Notes: generated by a model not told the origin, from the sequence alone. 64,000 nt of DNA from Octopus sinensis (GCF_006345805.1 NC_043007.1:16802001-16866000); one strand, 5' to 3'. Positions 38,382 through 53,325 are shown, counted from the first letter of the stretch. Program-made: numbers and translations.

Positions 38382-39876
38382 TCTAATATAATAAATGCGA
38401 ATGTCAGTGTGTCAGTGTGTCACACTTTTTCAACTTTACTCCGAGAGGCCGTAGCCCAACATATTATACCATTCTAGAATCAGGCCGACTCCATGAGTAA
38501 ATTAGAAACATTCCAGGCCGATTCCGGACCCGCAATTCAGAAATTTTGGGTTCTCAAGTTTTCATTACTGAAATTGTTTATGGTGATTTTTTTACGTGAT
38601 TTTTTTTGCGATGAATTTTTTTATACAACAAATTTTATGACTTAGAAATAAATTTTGGGAACAACCGAAATTAATTGCGAAATCTAGCGATTATTTTCGG
38701 CGATTTTTTTATGGGATCTTTTGCGATGAATATGATCATCATTGGGATATGACTCTGGTGGAAGCAATTGTAACAAATACTCCAAAACAAGTCAGAAACA
38801 TGTATGCAGATCTTCCCATTCGGGGTCAGTAGCTTAAAAGCTATATACTAGCTTAAAAGGAAGGCGGCGAGCTGGCAGAAACGTTAGCACGCCGGCCGAA
38901 ATGCGTAGCCGTATTTCGTCTGCCGTTACGTTCTGAGTTTAAATTCCGCCGAAGTCGACTTTGCCTTTCATCCTTTCGGGGTCGATAAATTAAGTACCAG
39001 TTACGCACTGGGGTCGATGTAATCGACTATCCGTTTGGCTGTCCTTGTTTGTCCTCTCTGCGTTTAGTCCCTTGTGGGTAGTAAAAGAAAAGGTATTTCG
39101 TCTGCCGCTACGTTCTGAGTTCAAATTCCGCCGAAGTCGACTTTGCCTTTCATCCTTTCGGGGTCGATAAATTAAGTACCAGTTACGCACTGGGGTCGAT
39201 GTAATCGACTTAATCCGTTTGGCTGTCCTTGTTTGTCCTCTCTGCGTTTAGTCCCTTGTGGGTAGTAAAGAAATAGGTATTTCGTCTGCCGCTACGTTCT
39301 GAGTTCAAATTCCGCCGAAGTCGACTTTGCCTTTCATCCTTTCGGGGTCGATAAATTAAGTACCAGTTACGCACTGGGGTCGATGTAATCGACTTAATCC
39401 GTTTGGCTGTCCTTGTTTGTCCTCTCTGCGTTTAGTCCCTTGTGGGTAGTAAAGAAATAGGTATTTCGTCTGCCGCTACGTTCTGAGTTCAAATTCCGCC
39501 GAAGTCGACTTTGCCTTTCATCCTTTCGGGGTCGATTAATTAAGTACCAGTTACGCACTGGGGTCGTTGTAATCGACTTAATCCGTTTGTCTGTCCTTGT
39601 TTGTTCTCTCTGTGTTTAGCCCCTTGTGGGTAGTAAAGAAATAGTTATTTCGTCTGCCGCTACGTTCTGAGTTCAAATTCCGCCGAGGTCGACTTTGCCT
39701 TTCATCCTTTCGGGGTCGATAAATTAAGTACCAGTTACGCACTGGGGTCGATGTAATCGACTTAATCCGTTTGTCTGTCCTTGTTTGTCCCCTCTGTGTT
39801 TAGCCCCTTGTGGGTAGTAAAGAAATGGCTATATACTAGCTTAAAAGCCGCCCGATAATGGTGGCTTTTTAGCTAG
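38382..39876 (+). mobile_element. Second Helitron family, interrupted by a SINE array
   Basis: A|TCTAATATAATAAATG start. 3' hairpin AAAAGCCGCC-CGATAAT-GGTGGCTTTT followed by CTAG|T. Confidence 0.7.
38860..39827 (+). mobile_element. SINE family M pentamer (184-bp period)
   Basis: Units at 38860, 39092, 39276, 39460 and 39644. 20-bp TSD GCTATATACTAGCTTAAAAG at 38840-38859 and 39828-39847. Confidence 0.92.
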
Positions 39877-40243
39877 TAAGAAAATATACGCAGCCATATT
39901 GGTTTTACCAGCTAAAGTTGATCGATTAATCTCTGCTTGTTGAAGGCTTTTACTCAGCCGCCCATTGTTATAATTAATGCTGAGAGGTTGTTAAACCTGC
40001 TTTAGGAAAAATTACCATTGAAATCCAGTATAATTTCAAGATTCGCACATAATAGCTTCGAGCGCTTCGTGCAGCTCGTGAGCTGCAGATCGGTCGCCAT
40101 TGTTATAAAGGGATTTAATATCTTCCTTTACATTCAGCCGACTAGTCGAAAACTTTTTTTTATTTTCCGGCTTAAATTTCCGTTTTAAGCCTCCAAGCCT
40201 TTGCTAGGAGTAACGATATCAAGGGAGAATAATTGAATAATTG

Positions 40244-40286
<43 letters not shown>

Positions 40287-41017
40287 CGGCTGAACAAATA
40301 CGTAGAATTATTAACAAAATAGGATGTTAAACAGCTAACTAGAAATACATGTAGTGAGGGACAAAAGCGGTTTTCGTCTGTGACTAATATCATTTTCTTA
40401 TATCTTGAGAGGGTCATTATGCCAATGATGAACACACGCACTGGTTCTGTTCACTTCTTTATTAGTCGATTGGCTAACCATTTATCCAATTAACTAATCG
40501 ATTGTTTCATTAATCTATCAGTCAATCAGTCAGTCAATCAGATTTGTCAAGTTCGCCATTCTCAGACTTGAAATAGAGAGGGTATGTTAATCAATTAACT
40601 TATAGAAATAAACAAGTGAAATAGATACAGTGCGGGTGTTTATTATTAGAATAATGAACTTTTCTAGATACAACAAAATGTATTTCGGCATACAAATTCA
40701 CATCTTGCAAACCAAATACGTAAATGAAATATTATTTTCCTGTTTTAAAGACAACACCAGGCATGTTACAAACATATTATGAGCTCATCAGCGAAGTATA
40801 GCCTCTATGTTGCTTGTCAAATTAATGTCAGAAAAATCACCGAGAAACTGTACGAAATTGTAGATTTGTTGGCGAACGAAACATTATGACTAAGCTTGGT
40901 GGTACTTAATGCTTTTTTACAGTAACCCTAGGAGAGGTATTAAAATGACTTCTTGCAGTAGGTCATTGTTTGTTTGCTGACTGGTTTCTACAACGATTAT
41001 AAAAGAGACGTGTACTC

Positions 41018-41080
<63 letters not shown>

Positions 41081-41086
41081 GTCTGC

Positions 41087-41224
<138 letters not shown>

Positions 41225-41262
41225 GTCTGTCTGTCTGTCTGTCTGTCTTGCAGTCTCTTTCA

Positions 41263-41323
<61 letters not shown>

Positions 41324-41478
41324 GTCTGTCTATCTGTCTGTCTGTCTATCTATCTATCGATCTATCTGTCTGTCTTTCTTTCTTTCTCTCTGTCTGTCTG
41401 TCTGTCTGTCTCTCTGTATATGTGTCCGTGCACACACACACACACAGACACACAGACAGACAGACAGACAGACACACA

Positions 41479-41520
<42 letters not shown>

Positions 41521-41855
41521 ACACACACACATGTAAAAAAAATCATTCACTAGTGGAATGTGGAGTGTCTGAAAGTCGTAAACGGTAAACAAGCGAAGAG
41601 TTTCTTTGAAATAAAACTTCCTACATTTTTTCCCTTTATCTCATCCATTTCATATAAAACAACAGCTAAGCACACATTTTTAGAAACTCCTAAGATTTAA
41701 AAGGAACATATTTCTATTTACGTAATAAATCATTTTTATCTAAACATGGCAATTTTTTCATATAAAGCCGTGGTTCGCAACCAAGGTCCATAATAACCCT
41801 TGAAGGTCCATATAAGATTTTGTTCTTAAAATTTATCGGCGATAAACTGTTTATA

Positions 41856-42010
41856 TTGGGTTGTCCGGAAAGTTCGTGCCGCTTTTTAAAGGAAAGAAAA
41901 CGGTCAATACATACTTGCCGTTACATTTTTAATCAACAAAATATGAACCATTTTGTTGCACAATGCGTCTCCATTTTTCTGTAATAAATGTCATGTCTGT
42001 AAAACTTAAC
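41856..42010 (-). mobile_element. Mariner 3' end relic
   Basis: TA|TTGGGTTGTCCGGAAAGTTC TIR and EKWRRIVQQNGSYF on the minus strand. Confidence 0.75.
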
Positions 42011-42048
42011 GATTTGTCTTCTGATATTGTAATACTTAACACATTCGA

Positions 42049-42570
42049 AGGCGGCGAGCTGGCAGAATCGTTAGCACGCCGGGCGAAATGCGTAGCCGTA
42101 TTTTGTCTGCCGTTACGTTCTGAGTTCAAATTTCGCCGAGGTCGACTTTGCCTTTCATCCTTTCGGGGTCGATTAAATAAGTACCAGTTACGCACTGGGG
42201 TCGATATAATCGACTTAATCAGTTTATCTGTCCTTGTTTGTCCCCTCTGTGTTTAGCCCCTTGTGGGCAGTAAAGAAGTAGGTATTTCGTCTGCCGCTAC
42301 GTTCTGAGTTCAAATTCCGCCGAAGTCGACTTTGCCTTTCATCCTTTCGGGGTCGATAAATTAAGTACCAATTACACACTGGGATCGATGTAATCGACTT
42401 AATCCCTTTGTCCCTTCTATGTTTAGCCCCTTGTGGGCAATAAAGGAATACGAAACGTTAGCACACCGGGCGAAATGCTTCGCGGTATTTCGTCTGTCTT
42501 TATGTTCTGAGTTCAAAGTCCGCCGCGGTCGACTTTGCCTTTCATCCTTTCGAGGTCGATAAATTAAGTA
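42049..42570 (+). mobile_element. SINE family M multimer with internal deletions
   Basis: Junctions at about 42281 and 42450. Confidence 0.8.
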
Positions 42571-43666
42571 CCAGTTGAGTACTGATGTCGATCTAATCAA
42601 CTGGCCCCCTTCTCCAAACATTTCGGGCCTTGTGCCTAGAGTAGAAAAAAAAACACTTAAGACATTCGGTCATGTCGACCATATCTGTAAAATAAGTATT
42701 AGCGATATCAAAGTGTTGAGTCAATTTCTAAATTCTACTTTATTTTTACCTAGCAATATGATGTTTCTCAGTGAATGAATGAAGTCCCTTATTTACAAAG
42801 TACTTCTGCTCGCAAACAATTATTAACGGTAAACGTGAACTTTGTTGACCTTGCCATTCAAAGTGGATTTATAACATCATAAATATTGTGCTCACAAAGA
42901 CAATGAATCGTAGACAAGATCAGCTCCCGGCGTCAGCTTTCAAGTATGTCATAGTAAGGTAGGAGTGACTATTAAACTTTCAACGAAGACGGTGAGATGG
43001 CAGACTATCTTGCTGTGTTTATTCCGGATCTCAGGGCTCTGAGTTCAAATCCCGCCGAGGTTTACTTTATTTCTTTATTCATTCGGGTTCGATAAATAAA
43101 ATCTCTGTTCAAGGCATTGGATTTACGGGATTGTGAGAACGTCGGCTGAGATGTCATGAAGAGTCTGTTCTGGGTCTCTGTCTTCTGGGATACCAAACCA
43201 ATTTTCCTATATTCCTAATTACGTGGAAGTAAACCTCTTTTACTTCTGTATGTGTGTGTGTGTATACATAAGTATATATACATCTCTCTGTCTGTCTCGC
43301 TGTCTCTCTGTCTCTCTCCATATATATCATTATCATCATCATCATCATCATCGTTTAACGTCCGTTTTCCATGCTAGCATGGGTTGGAAGGTTTGACCGG
43401 AGTCTGGGAAGCCAGGAGGCTGCACCAGGCTCCAGTCTGATCTGGCAGTGTTTCTACAGCTGGATGCCCTTCCTAACGCCAACCACTCCGTGAGTGTAGT
43501 GGATGCTTTTTACGTGCCAGCCTCGCCTGGCAACGGCCACGATCGGTTTTTGCTTTTTACGTGCCACCGGCACGGAAGCCAGTCGAGGCGGCGCGGGCAA
43601 CGGCCACGTTCGGATGGTGCTTTTTACGTGCCACCGGCACTGGTATCACAACTACAATTTCCATTG

Positions 43667-43742
<76 letters not shown>

Positions 43743-44437
43743 ACACAAAACACAACACACACATGCTGCTGAGACCCCCTTCGGTCATGACTGACCATAG
43801 GATTGCACCTAGAAAGTTACCCTCCCAGGCATAAGTCCGAGCAAGTTTGTTTGTGTAAGACCAGCAGTCGCCCATCCATACCAGCCTCCCTTCTCTACAC
43901 CACCAGTGTTATCCAAGGGAAAGGCAAAAGGGGCCGATACAGCTTGGCACCTGTGACGTCGCAACTCATTTCTACAGCTGAGTGAACTGGAGCAACGTGA
44001 AATAAAGTGTCTTGCTCAAGAACACAACACGCAGCCCGGGCCGGGATTTGAACTCACAACCTCCTCACCCACCGCTCCTCCACTCTATCCTCCTCTTCTT
44101 CTTCTTCTTCTTCTTCCCCTCCTCCTTCCCTCTCCTCCTCTTCTTCTTCCTCCTCCCCTCCTCCTTATCATCATCATCATCATCGTCACCAGCAAGCAGC
44201 ATCCTATACAACATCTATCACAGACCAGACACACACTATCCCCTTCATAGCCTTGACCAGTTTCACTAATTTCTGACTAATAACATCTTCAGTCATCCCA
44301 CACCCCCCCCTCTCACTCAATGACCACCACTCCTGAAACACTTGTCATCCTCATTGACAATTGCTTGACGCTCTAACCACAGACCCATGCGCCTTCACAC
44401 ACACACCATATATATGTACACACACACACATATATAT

Positions 44438-44519
<82 letters not shown>

Positions 44520-44751
44520 GCATTCGGTGGGATTAGTAATATTTTTGGTAGAAATGACTGATTGTCCCTCTTAGCGTTTGGCATGTATGTATAATGCCGT
44601 CTGGCATGTATGTATAATGCCCTCTATATATAAATTAATATGTTCAATAAGAAATAATTATTTTCGAAATTTTTTCTCTTATGAGGTTTTTATGCTATCT
44701 ACCTGACAATTTCTTGTTAAGTTTTCCTTATTAAGTAGTTGTCCTTAATTG

Positions 44752-44785
<34 letters not shown>

Positions 44786-46369
44786 CTACCAACAAGGGGT
44801 TAAACACAGAGAGGACAAACAAGGACAGACAAATGGATTAAGTCGATTATATCGTCCCCAGTGCGTAAATGCTACTTATTTAATCGACCCCGAAAGGATG
44901 AAAGGCAAAGTCGACCTCGGCGGAATTTGAACTCAGAACGTAGCGGCAGACGAAATACGGCTTCGCATTTCGCCCGGCGTGCTAACGTTTCTGCCAGCTC
45001 GCCGCCTTATACACACATATATATATCGCTGTTTTGTAAGCTGTAATGCATACCAGCCAGGGTGCTGCTGCAAGCCTCCCTTCAGCTGCCACAACCTAAA
45101 TTTTCTTCTGGTTCATAAGGGTACGAGAGCCGAGCGGGTGTCTATAATCACAACTGTTCACAACTCTATACTCACCTAAAATACCTACCGAAAGCATGGT
45201 GCTTATCAAGTCAAGACGACAATTGTTACCCGGTGAAGGTCGTGAATTCAAGGGAATTAACTCTTGCGGAACCTTCAGCCAACCGCCGTGAAATTTCCCG
45301 ACCACTCCAATATACTTCAGTGCCTATGACGTCTTTATAAAGTGTCTTAAAAGCTCTGGAGGAGTGACCGGTAAATCGTTCGATATACAAATGGATACTT
45401 TCCTGCTTTTCTTGATGGTAAATATTACGTCAAAAGCAATTCGGGGACAGCTAAGTTGCAATGGTGATGGTGATAATGGTGGTAGTGGTGGTGGTAGTGG
45501 TGGTGGTGGTGGTGGTAGTGGTGGTGGTGGTGGTGGTAGTGGTGGTGGTGGTAGTGGTGGTGGTGGTGGTAGTGGTGGTGGTGGTGGTGGTGGTTGGTTG
45601 TCGGTATTGATTGAGTCAGCCTAGGATCTATTTGCCTTTCATCCTTTCGGGGTCAATAAATTAAGAACCAGTTATGCACTGGAGTCGATGTAATCGACTT
45701 TATCCCTTTGTCTGTCCTTGTTTGTCCCTTCTATGTTAAGCACTGGGGTGGATTAAATAAGTACCAGTTAAGCACTGGGGTCGATATAATCGACTTTATC
45801 CCTTTGTCTGTCCTTGTTTGTCCCCTCTGTGTTTAGCCCCTTGTGGGTAGTAAAGAAATAGGAAAGCGGTGCTCCAGCTTGGACAAAAACAATTCGGGGG
45901 CAACTAAGTTGTAATGGGGACGGTAACAATGGTGTTGGTAATGGTAGTGGTGGTGGTGGTGGTGGCTGGTTGTCGGTATTGATTGAGCCAACCTAGGATC
46001 TAGTTATGGTTATGAAACCGGTGCTCCAGCTTGGACTTAACCGCGATGGCTAGGAAAAAAATTACCCCAAAAGACGCATCATTGTGTGGTTAAAACACTC
46101 GTTTTGCAGTAAACGTCATTTTGGGTTCAGTGACACTGCGCGGCACTTTGAGCCAATGTCTTCTACTGTGACTCCGAGCCGACTAGTGCCTTGTGAGTGG
46201 ATTTGGTTGACGGAAATTGTGAGGAAGCCTGTAGTGCTGGTGGTGGTGGTGGTGGGGGGGGGGCGCACGTCATTCAGTTTTAATTCAAGATTTCTTGCCA
46301 ATAGCGAAAGAGCCGGTTTCTAACCTAGATCCAAGGCTCCTTCATTGGAATTTCAACTTCAACAACAGG

Positions 46370-46855
46370 TTATGTATGTATGTATGCATGCATGTATGTA
46401 TGTATGTATGTATGCATGTGTGTATGAATTACGTATGCATGTATGTATGTGTATGAATGCATGCATGTATGTATGTATGCATGTATGTATGCATACATGC
46501 ATGTATGCATGTATGTATGTATACATGTATGCATGCATGCATGTATGTGTGTATGCATGCATGCATTTATACATGTATGTATGTGTATGTATGTATACAT
46601 GTATGCACGTATGTATGTATGTATGCAAACATGTAGGTATGTATGTATGCATGTATGTATTTAGGTATGTATGCATGTATGTATGTATTATATACATACA
46701 TGTATTTATGTATGCATGTATGTATATATGTATGTATGTATCTATGTATACATGAATGTATGTATGTATACATGTATGTATGAATGAATGTATGTATGTA
46801 TGCAAACATGTAGGTATGTATGTATGAATGAATGTATGTATGCATGTATGCATAA
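46370..46855. repeat. Degenerate (ATGT/ATGC)n microsatellite
   Basis: Direct reading. Similar tract at 34615-34850. Confidence 0.97.
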
Positions 46856-47460
46856 ATGTGTTTATCTTCCACCAAAACTTGCTGATTTGTTTTCGTCCCC
46901 ACAAAACTAGCGGTTCAACAAAAATGATCGACAGAATAAGTACTAGAATTTAAATTAAAAACAACAACAAAAAGACATAATTACTGGAGGGAATTCGTTT
47001 GACTAAACCTTTTGAGGTGGTACCCCAGCATGGCCGTAGTCTTATTACTGAAACATGTAAAAAGACAAGCGTTAAAACAAAAACAAAAAAAGGTAGGGAA
47101 AAGAACTGAAGAATTTAGGACTACGTTTTTCTTCTTCGGAAATGTGATTTTGGTTGTTATTTCTAGCAAGGTCGCACGACCACGTAAAGATTCCTCTCGT
47201 TGTCTCCTGTGTGAGTGACAGAATAGAAACGGTAAAGGCGAGAATGGAAGGTCAAGATTGAATGAAGATAGGGCAATTGTCAATGAGGATGGTAAGTGTT
47301 TTAGGAGTGGTGGTCATTGAGCGAGGGTGGGGGTGTGGGATGAGTGAAGAGGTTATTAGTCAGAAATTAGTAAGATTGGTCATGGCTATTAAGGGGATAG
47401 TGTGTGTCTGGTCAGTGATAGATGTTGTATAGGATGCTGATTGCTGGTGACGATGATGAT

Positions 47461-48202
47461 GAGGGGGGGAGGGGGCAGGGAGGCGGGAGAAGAGGGAATG
47501 AAGTAGAAGAGAGGGAGGGGAGAAAGGGGAGAGGAAGAGGAGGAGGGGAGAAGGAGAAAGGAGGAGGAGAGAAAGGGGAGAGGAGGAGGAAGAGGGGAAA
47601 AGGGGGGGAGAGACGGAAGTAGAAGAGAGGGAGGGGGAGGAAGAAGAAGATGAGGAGGAGGTTGAGGAGGGGAAAAGGAGGAGGGGAGGAAGAAGAAGAA
47701 GGTGGAGGAGGAAGGGAAAGGAGGAGGGGGAAGAAGAAGACGAGAAGGAGGGGGTTGAGGAGGTTGAGGAGGGGAAAAGGAGGAGGGGAGGAAGAAGAAG
47801 AAGAAGAAGAGAATGATGAGGGGAAAAGGAGGAGGGAAGAAAGAAAAAGGGGAGGAGGAGGGGAAAGGGAGGAGGGAAGGAAAAAGAAGAGGAGGAGGGG
47901 AGGAGGAAGAAGAAGAGAGGATAGAGGGTAGGAGGAGGGTGGGTGAGGAGGAGGAGGGGAAGAAGAAGAGGAGGAAGAAGAAGAAGAGGATGGAGAGGAG
48001 GAGAGTGGGAGGGGATAATGCAAGGAGGAGGATGGGAAGAGAAGGGGAGAAGAATGAGAGGATGAGGAGGGTGGGAGGAGGAGGTTGTGTGAGTAATAAT
48101 GATAACAACGACGACGATGATGATGATGATGATAACCATGATAATGATGATGATGATGGTGACGATGACAGCGATGGGGAGGAGGATGTGGCAGTAGATA
48201 CT

Positions 48203-48233
<31 letters not shown>

Positions 48234-48330
48234 ACAACCGTGATGAAGATGACGACGACGATGAACTTAATGCGGATGAGGATGAGAATGTTGCTGCTGT
48301 TGATGATGATGGTGATGATGGTGATGGTGG

Positions 48331-48372
<42 letters not shown>

Positions 48373-48524
48373 GTATGATGATGAGGATGATGATGATGAT
48401 GAGGATGAGGATGATGATGATGATGATGATGAGTATGATGGTGATGATGATGATGATGATGAGTATGATGGTGATGATGATGATGATGATGATGATGATG
48501 AGGATGATGATGATGATGATGATG

Positions 48525-48555
<31 letters not shown>

Positions 48556-48626
48556 GTATGATGGTGATGATGATGATGATGATGATGATGAGGATGATGA
48601 TGATGATGATGATGGCGGTGATGATG

Positions 48627-48658
<32 letters not shown>

Positions 48659-48663
48659 GATGA

Positions 48664-48711
<48 letters not shown>

Positions 48712-48900
48712 GATGATGATGAGGAGGAGGAGGAGGTTGATAATATTGTTGTTGCTGTTAAATGTATTGTTGCATGTATTCCCTGACAATTTTGCAAATG
48801 CTGCGCAGTTGCTGCTGATGATGATGATGATGACAATTTCGTTGTTGTAGTTGTTGCTGATGATGATGACGATGATGATCATGATGATACTGATAACGAC
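47461..48900. repeat. Purine-rich (GGA/GAA)n tract followed by (GAT)n
   Basis: Direct reading. Confidence 0.95.
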
Positions 48901-49782
48901 GACGATAACACTTGTAGTTTATCGCCCCCCCCCTCCACACACACACACATACACACCAACACGATAGAACAGAACAATTATCAAAAGCGATCCAAGATTA
49001 TGTAATCTTTTTTTCTTCTTTTACTCAGTACCGTGGCTATTGTGTGTGCCGCCCGGCTCGGCCCTTGAGTCTGACAAACCCACCTTTCATCCCTGTACAA
49101 GGTTATACAACAGACCCAAAAGTGCTGTCACCATAAAAGCGGCGCCTAGGACGGACCGTTCCTTCAGAGCTAAACTGCTTCTAGAATAGATGCTGGTACT
49201 ACGGAGTCGTGGATATAGCTTTGAACTACATCCGGCTATGGGATAATAACTAATTTATTTAATACCATTCAAGAAATGAATTTTCATATATGGTTTCGAC
49301 CCATAATTAGGTAATACTTTACCCTTGTTTCAGTGAAAAGCCAAAATTAGAGGCATTTAACTGTTAATTAAAAAACTGAAATAATTATTTCTTCACTGGA
49401 GTATAGCGCCGGAATGAACGGATATAGCTTTGAGCTACATCCGGCTATGGGACCCTAGTTCGGGAGATCTGGGGTTTTGAAGAGTGTGGAACCATCTCTT
49501 AGCTACAATTGTTCCCAGGTCTACTTTAACCCAGAATAGTAGCAGCTACCAGGGTCCCAGCTATGGGTCAATTAGCTTTTTAGAGCTTGCCTATCTATGC
49601 AAATGAAGACTGGGTTTAGCGGACTCTGAAGAAGAAACCAACATGGTTCAAAAGAGGGGGAAGTTAGATGCAGCAACACTTTGTGAAGTGCTGAGAGCAG
49701 GATGAAACAAATAAGACATCTTGGTCATTCACCGCATCAGTCTCCATCCCCGGTCGTATTGACCCGATTGAAGATGGCCTAG

Positions 49783-49860
<78 letters not shown>

Positions 49861-50305
49861 ACGTATGCAAGTTAGTAATCATCATTAAGGATAATTAGAC
49901 GATCCTCGTTGAATTATAATCTTACAACAACATCTATAATTATCGTTATCTCAGCAGACACAGTATTTAGAAAACAATTAAATACTCCACCTAATTAGAT
50001 ACTCCAAAGCAACAGTAGGATCATTAAAATTCATTTGTTTGGCTTTCTTGTTTAAAAAAATAAGGGATTGCTCAGAATTATTTTATGGTAATAGGTATTA
50101 TAAGTGGAGGCGCGTGGCTTTGTGGTTAGGGTGTCAGCACCATGATCGTAAGATTGTGGTTTCGATTCTTGGACCGGGCGGCGCGTTGAGCTCTTGAGCA
50201 AAACACTTCATTTCACGTTGCTCCAGTCCACTCAGCTGGCAAAAATGAGTAACGCTGCGATGGACTGGCGTCCCGTCCAGTTGGGGAACACATCTGCCAT
50301 AGAAA

Positions 50306-51352
50306 CATACATACGTACATACATTGTACATACATTCATACATATATACACACACACATACATACATACATTCATACATACATACATACATACATACATA
50401 CATACATACATACATACATACATACATACATACATACATACATACATACATACATACGTACAAACATACATACATGCTACATACATACATACATACATAC
50501 ATACATACATACTACATACATACACATGCATACATACATACATACATACACACACATACATACATACATACATACATACATACACACACACATACATACA
50601 TACATACATACATACATACATACATACATACATACATACACACACACATACATACATACATACATACATACATACATACATACATACATACATACACACA
50701 CACATACATACATACATACATACACACACATACATACATACATACATACATACATACATACATACATACATACATACATACATACATACATACAATACTA
50801 CATACATACATATATAAATACATACATACATACATACATACATACATACATACATACATACTACATACATACATACATACGTACAAACATACATACATGC
50901 TACATACATACATACATACATACATACATACATACGTACAAACATACATACATACTACATACATACACATGCATACATACATACATACATACACACACAC
51001 ATACATACATACTACATACATACATACATACATACATACATACACACACACATACATACATACATACATATATAAATACATACATACATACTACATACAT
51101 ACAAACATACATACATACATACATACTACATACATACATACATACTACATACATACATATATAAATACATACATACATACATACATACACATACATACAT
51201 ACATACATACCATACATACATACATCATACATACATACATACATCATACATACATACTACATACACACATACATACATACATACTACATACATACATACA
51301 TACATACATACATACATACATACATACATACATACATACACACACACATCAT

Positions 51353-51383
<31 letters not shown>

Positions 51384-51500
51384 TACATACATACACATAC
51401 ATACATACATACATACATACATACATACATACATACATACTACACACACACATACATACATACATACATACATACATACAACATACATACATACATACAT

Positions 51501-51531
<31 letters not shown>

Positions 51532-51660
51532 TACATACATACCTACATACATACATACATACATACATACATACATACATACATACATACTACATACATA
51601 CATACATATATACATACATACATACATACATACATACATACATACATACATACACACATA
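50306..51660. repeat. About 1.35-kb (ATAC)n microsatellite
   Basis: Direct reading. Confidence 0.98.
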
Positions 51661-52189
51661 CGCACGCGCGTGTGTGTGTTTGTGTCTCTACCCCCACCAC
51701 TACTTGACAACTGGTGTTGGTGTATTTACGTTCCGTGACTTAGCGGTTCAGCAGAAGAACCACTAGAATAAGTAACGAGCTTAAAAACATAAATACTGGG
51801 GTCGATTCTTTCGACTTAGACAATTTAATGTGGTGCTCCAGCATGGTCGCAGTCCAAGGAATGAAGCAAATAAAGGTAAAAGATAGATGATAGGCGTAGG
51901 AGTGGCTGTGTGGTAAGTAGCTTGCTTACCAACCACATAGTTCCGGGTTCAGTCCCACTGCGTGGCACCTTGGGCAAGTGTCTTCTACTATAGCCTCGGC
52001 CCGACCAAAGCCTTGTGAGTGGATTTGGTAGACGGAAACTGAAAGAAGCTCCTCGTATATATGTATATATATCACGTGATCACGTGACCGACCAGTCCAT
52101 CAGATGTAGTTACACATCGCTGGTCACAATGCGTTCGCATTGTTTTAGCCTTCGAACGACGCCACCCCGCTGGCTAAGCGAGCAAGCCA

Positions 52190-52234
<45 letters not shown>

Positions 52235-52285
52235 CATATATATATACATATATATATATACATATATATACATATATATATATAC

Positions 52286-52317
<32 letters not shown>

Positions 52318-52765
52318 ATGTTTGTGTATATGTTTGTGTGTCTGTGTTTGTGGCCCCAACATCGCTTGACAACCGATGCTGGTGTGTTTACGTCCGCGTA
52401 ACCTAGCGGTTCGGCAGGTAGAGACCGATAGAATAAGTACTAGCCTTACAAAGAATAAATCCCGGGGTCTATTTCCTCGACTAAAGGCGGTGCTCCAGCA
52501 TGGCCACAGTCAAATGACTGACACAAGTAAAAGAGTAAAAGAGATACTATTTTATCATTTTTTGTTTATTTTCTTCTTTTTACAAGGGTTAAAAATGAAG
52601 GCACGTGGCCTAGTGGTCAGGTCAATCGGCTTACGATCGTGAGTTCGATTCCCGGTGGCGCGTTGTGTCCTTGAGCAAGGAATTTTATTTCACGTTGTTC
52701 CATTTCTCAGGGAGATTCATCGTGACACAGAATTGTGACAAGGCCGGCCCTTTAAGTGACAGTGT

Positions 52766-53075
52766 AGGCACATGGCCTAGTGTTTAGAGCAGCGGACTCG
52801 CGGTCAAGGGATCGCGGGTTCGAATCTCAGACCGGGCAATGTGTGTGTTTATGAGCGAAACACCTAAGCTGCACGCGGCTCCGGCAGAAGGTAATGGCGA
52901 ACTTCTGCTGACTCTTTTGCCACAGCTTTCTCTCACTCTTTCCTCCTGCATCTTGCAGCTCACCTGCGATGGGCCGGCGTCCCGTCCAGGTGGGGAACCT
53001 ATACGGCAAGGAAACCGGGAAACCGGCCCTTATGAGTCAGGCATGGCTCGAGAAGGAACAAACCACTTTAAGTGA
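52766..53075 (+). mobile_element. Chimeric SINE: family R head/body plus V-like domain
   Basis: GCAGCGGACTCGCGG head and R body, followed by CTGCGATGGGCCGGCGTCCCGTCCAGG. Confidence 0.7.
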
Positions 53076-53325
53076 GAGGTACAACTCACTTTTGCCAGCT
53101 GAGTGGACTGGAGCAACGTCAAATAAAGTGTCTTGCTCAAGGACACAATTCACAGTCCGGTCCGGGAATTGAACTCACGACCTTACGATCGTCAGCCGAA
53201 TACCCCTAGCTACTAAGTCACGTGTCTTCACTTTTAATCCTTGTAAAAAGGAGGGCACATGTGTTTGTAGAGCGATCAGTTACTTGCACGTTAATTTCAT
53301 GAGCAGGCTGTTCTGTTGATCGGAT

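Noticed and set aside
47389-48882. Long ORFs (497, 345 and 259 aa) with D-, S-, K/E/G-rich runs, resembling acidic biomineral proteins
   Set aside because: Made entirely of GAT/GGA microsatellite. Interruptions are mostly single-base variants of GAT, several frames and both strands are open, and there is no complex domain.
50194-51766. 480-aa HTYI-repeat ORF and antisense MYVC ORFs
   Set aside because: Translation of (ATAC)n.
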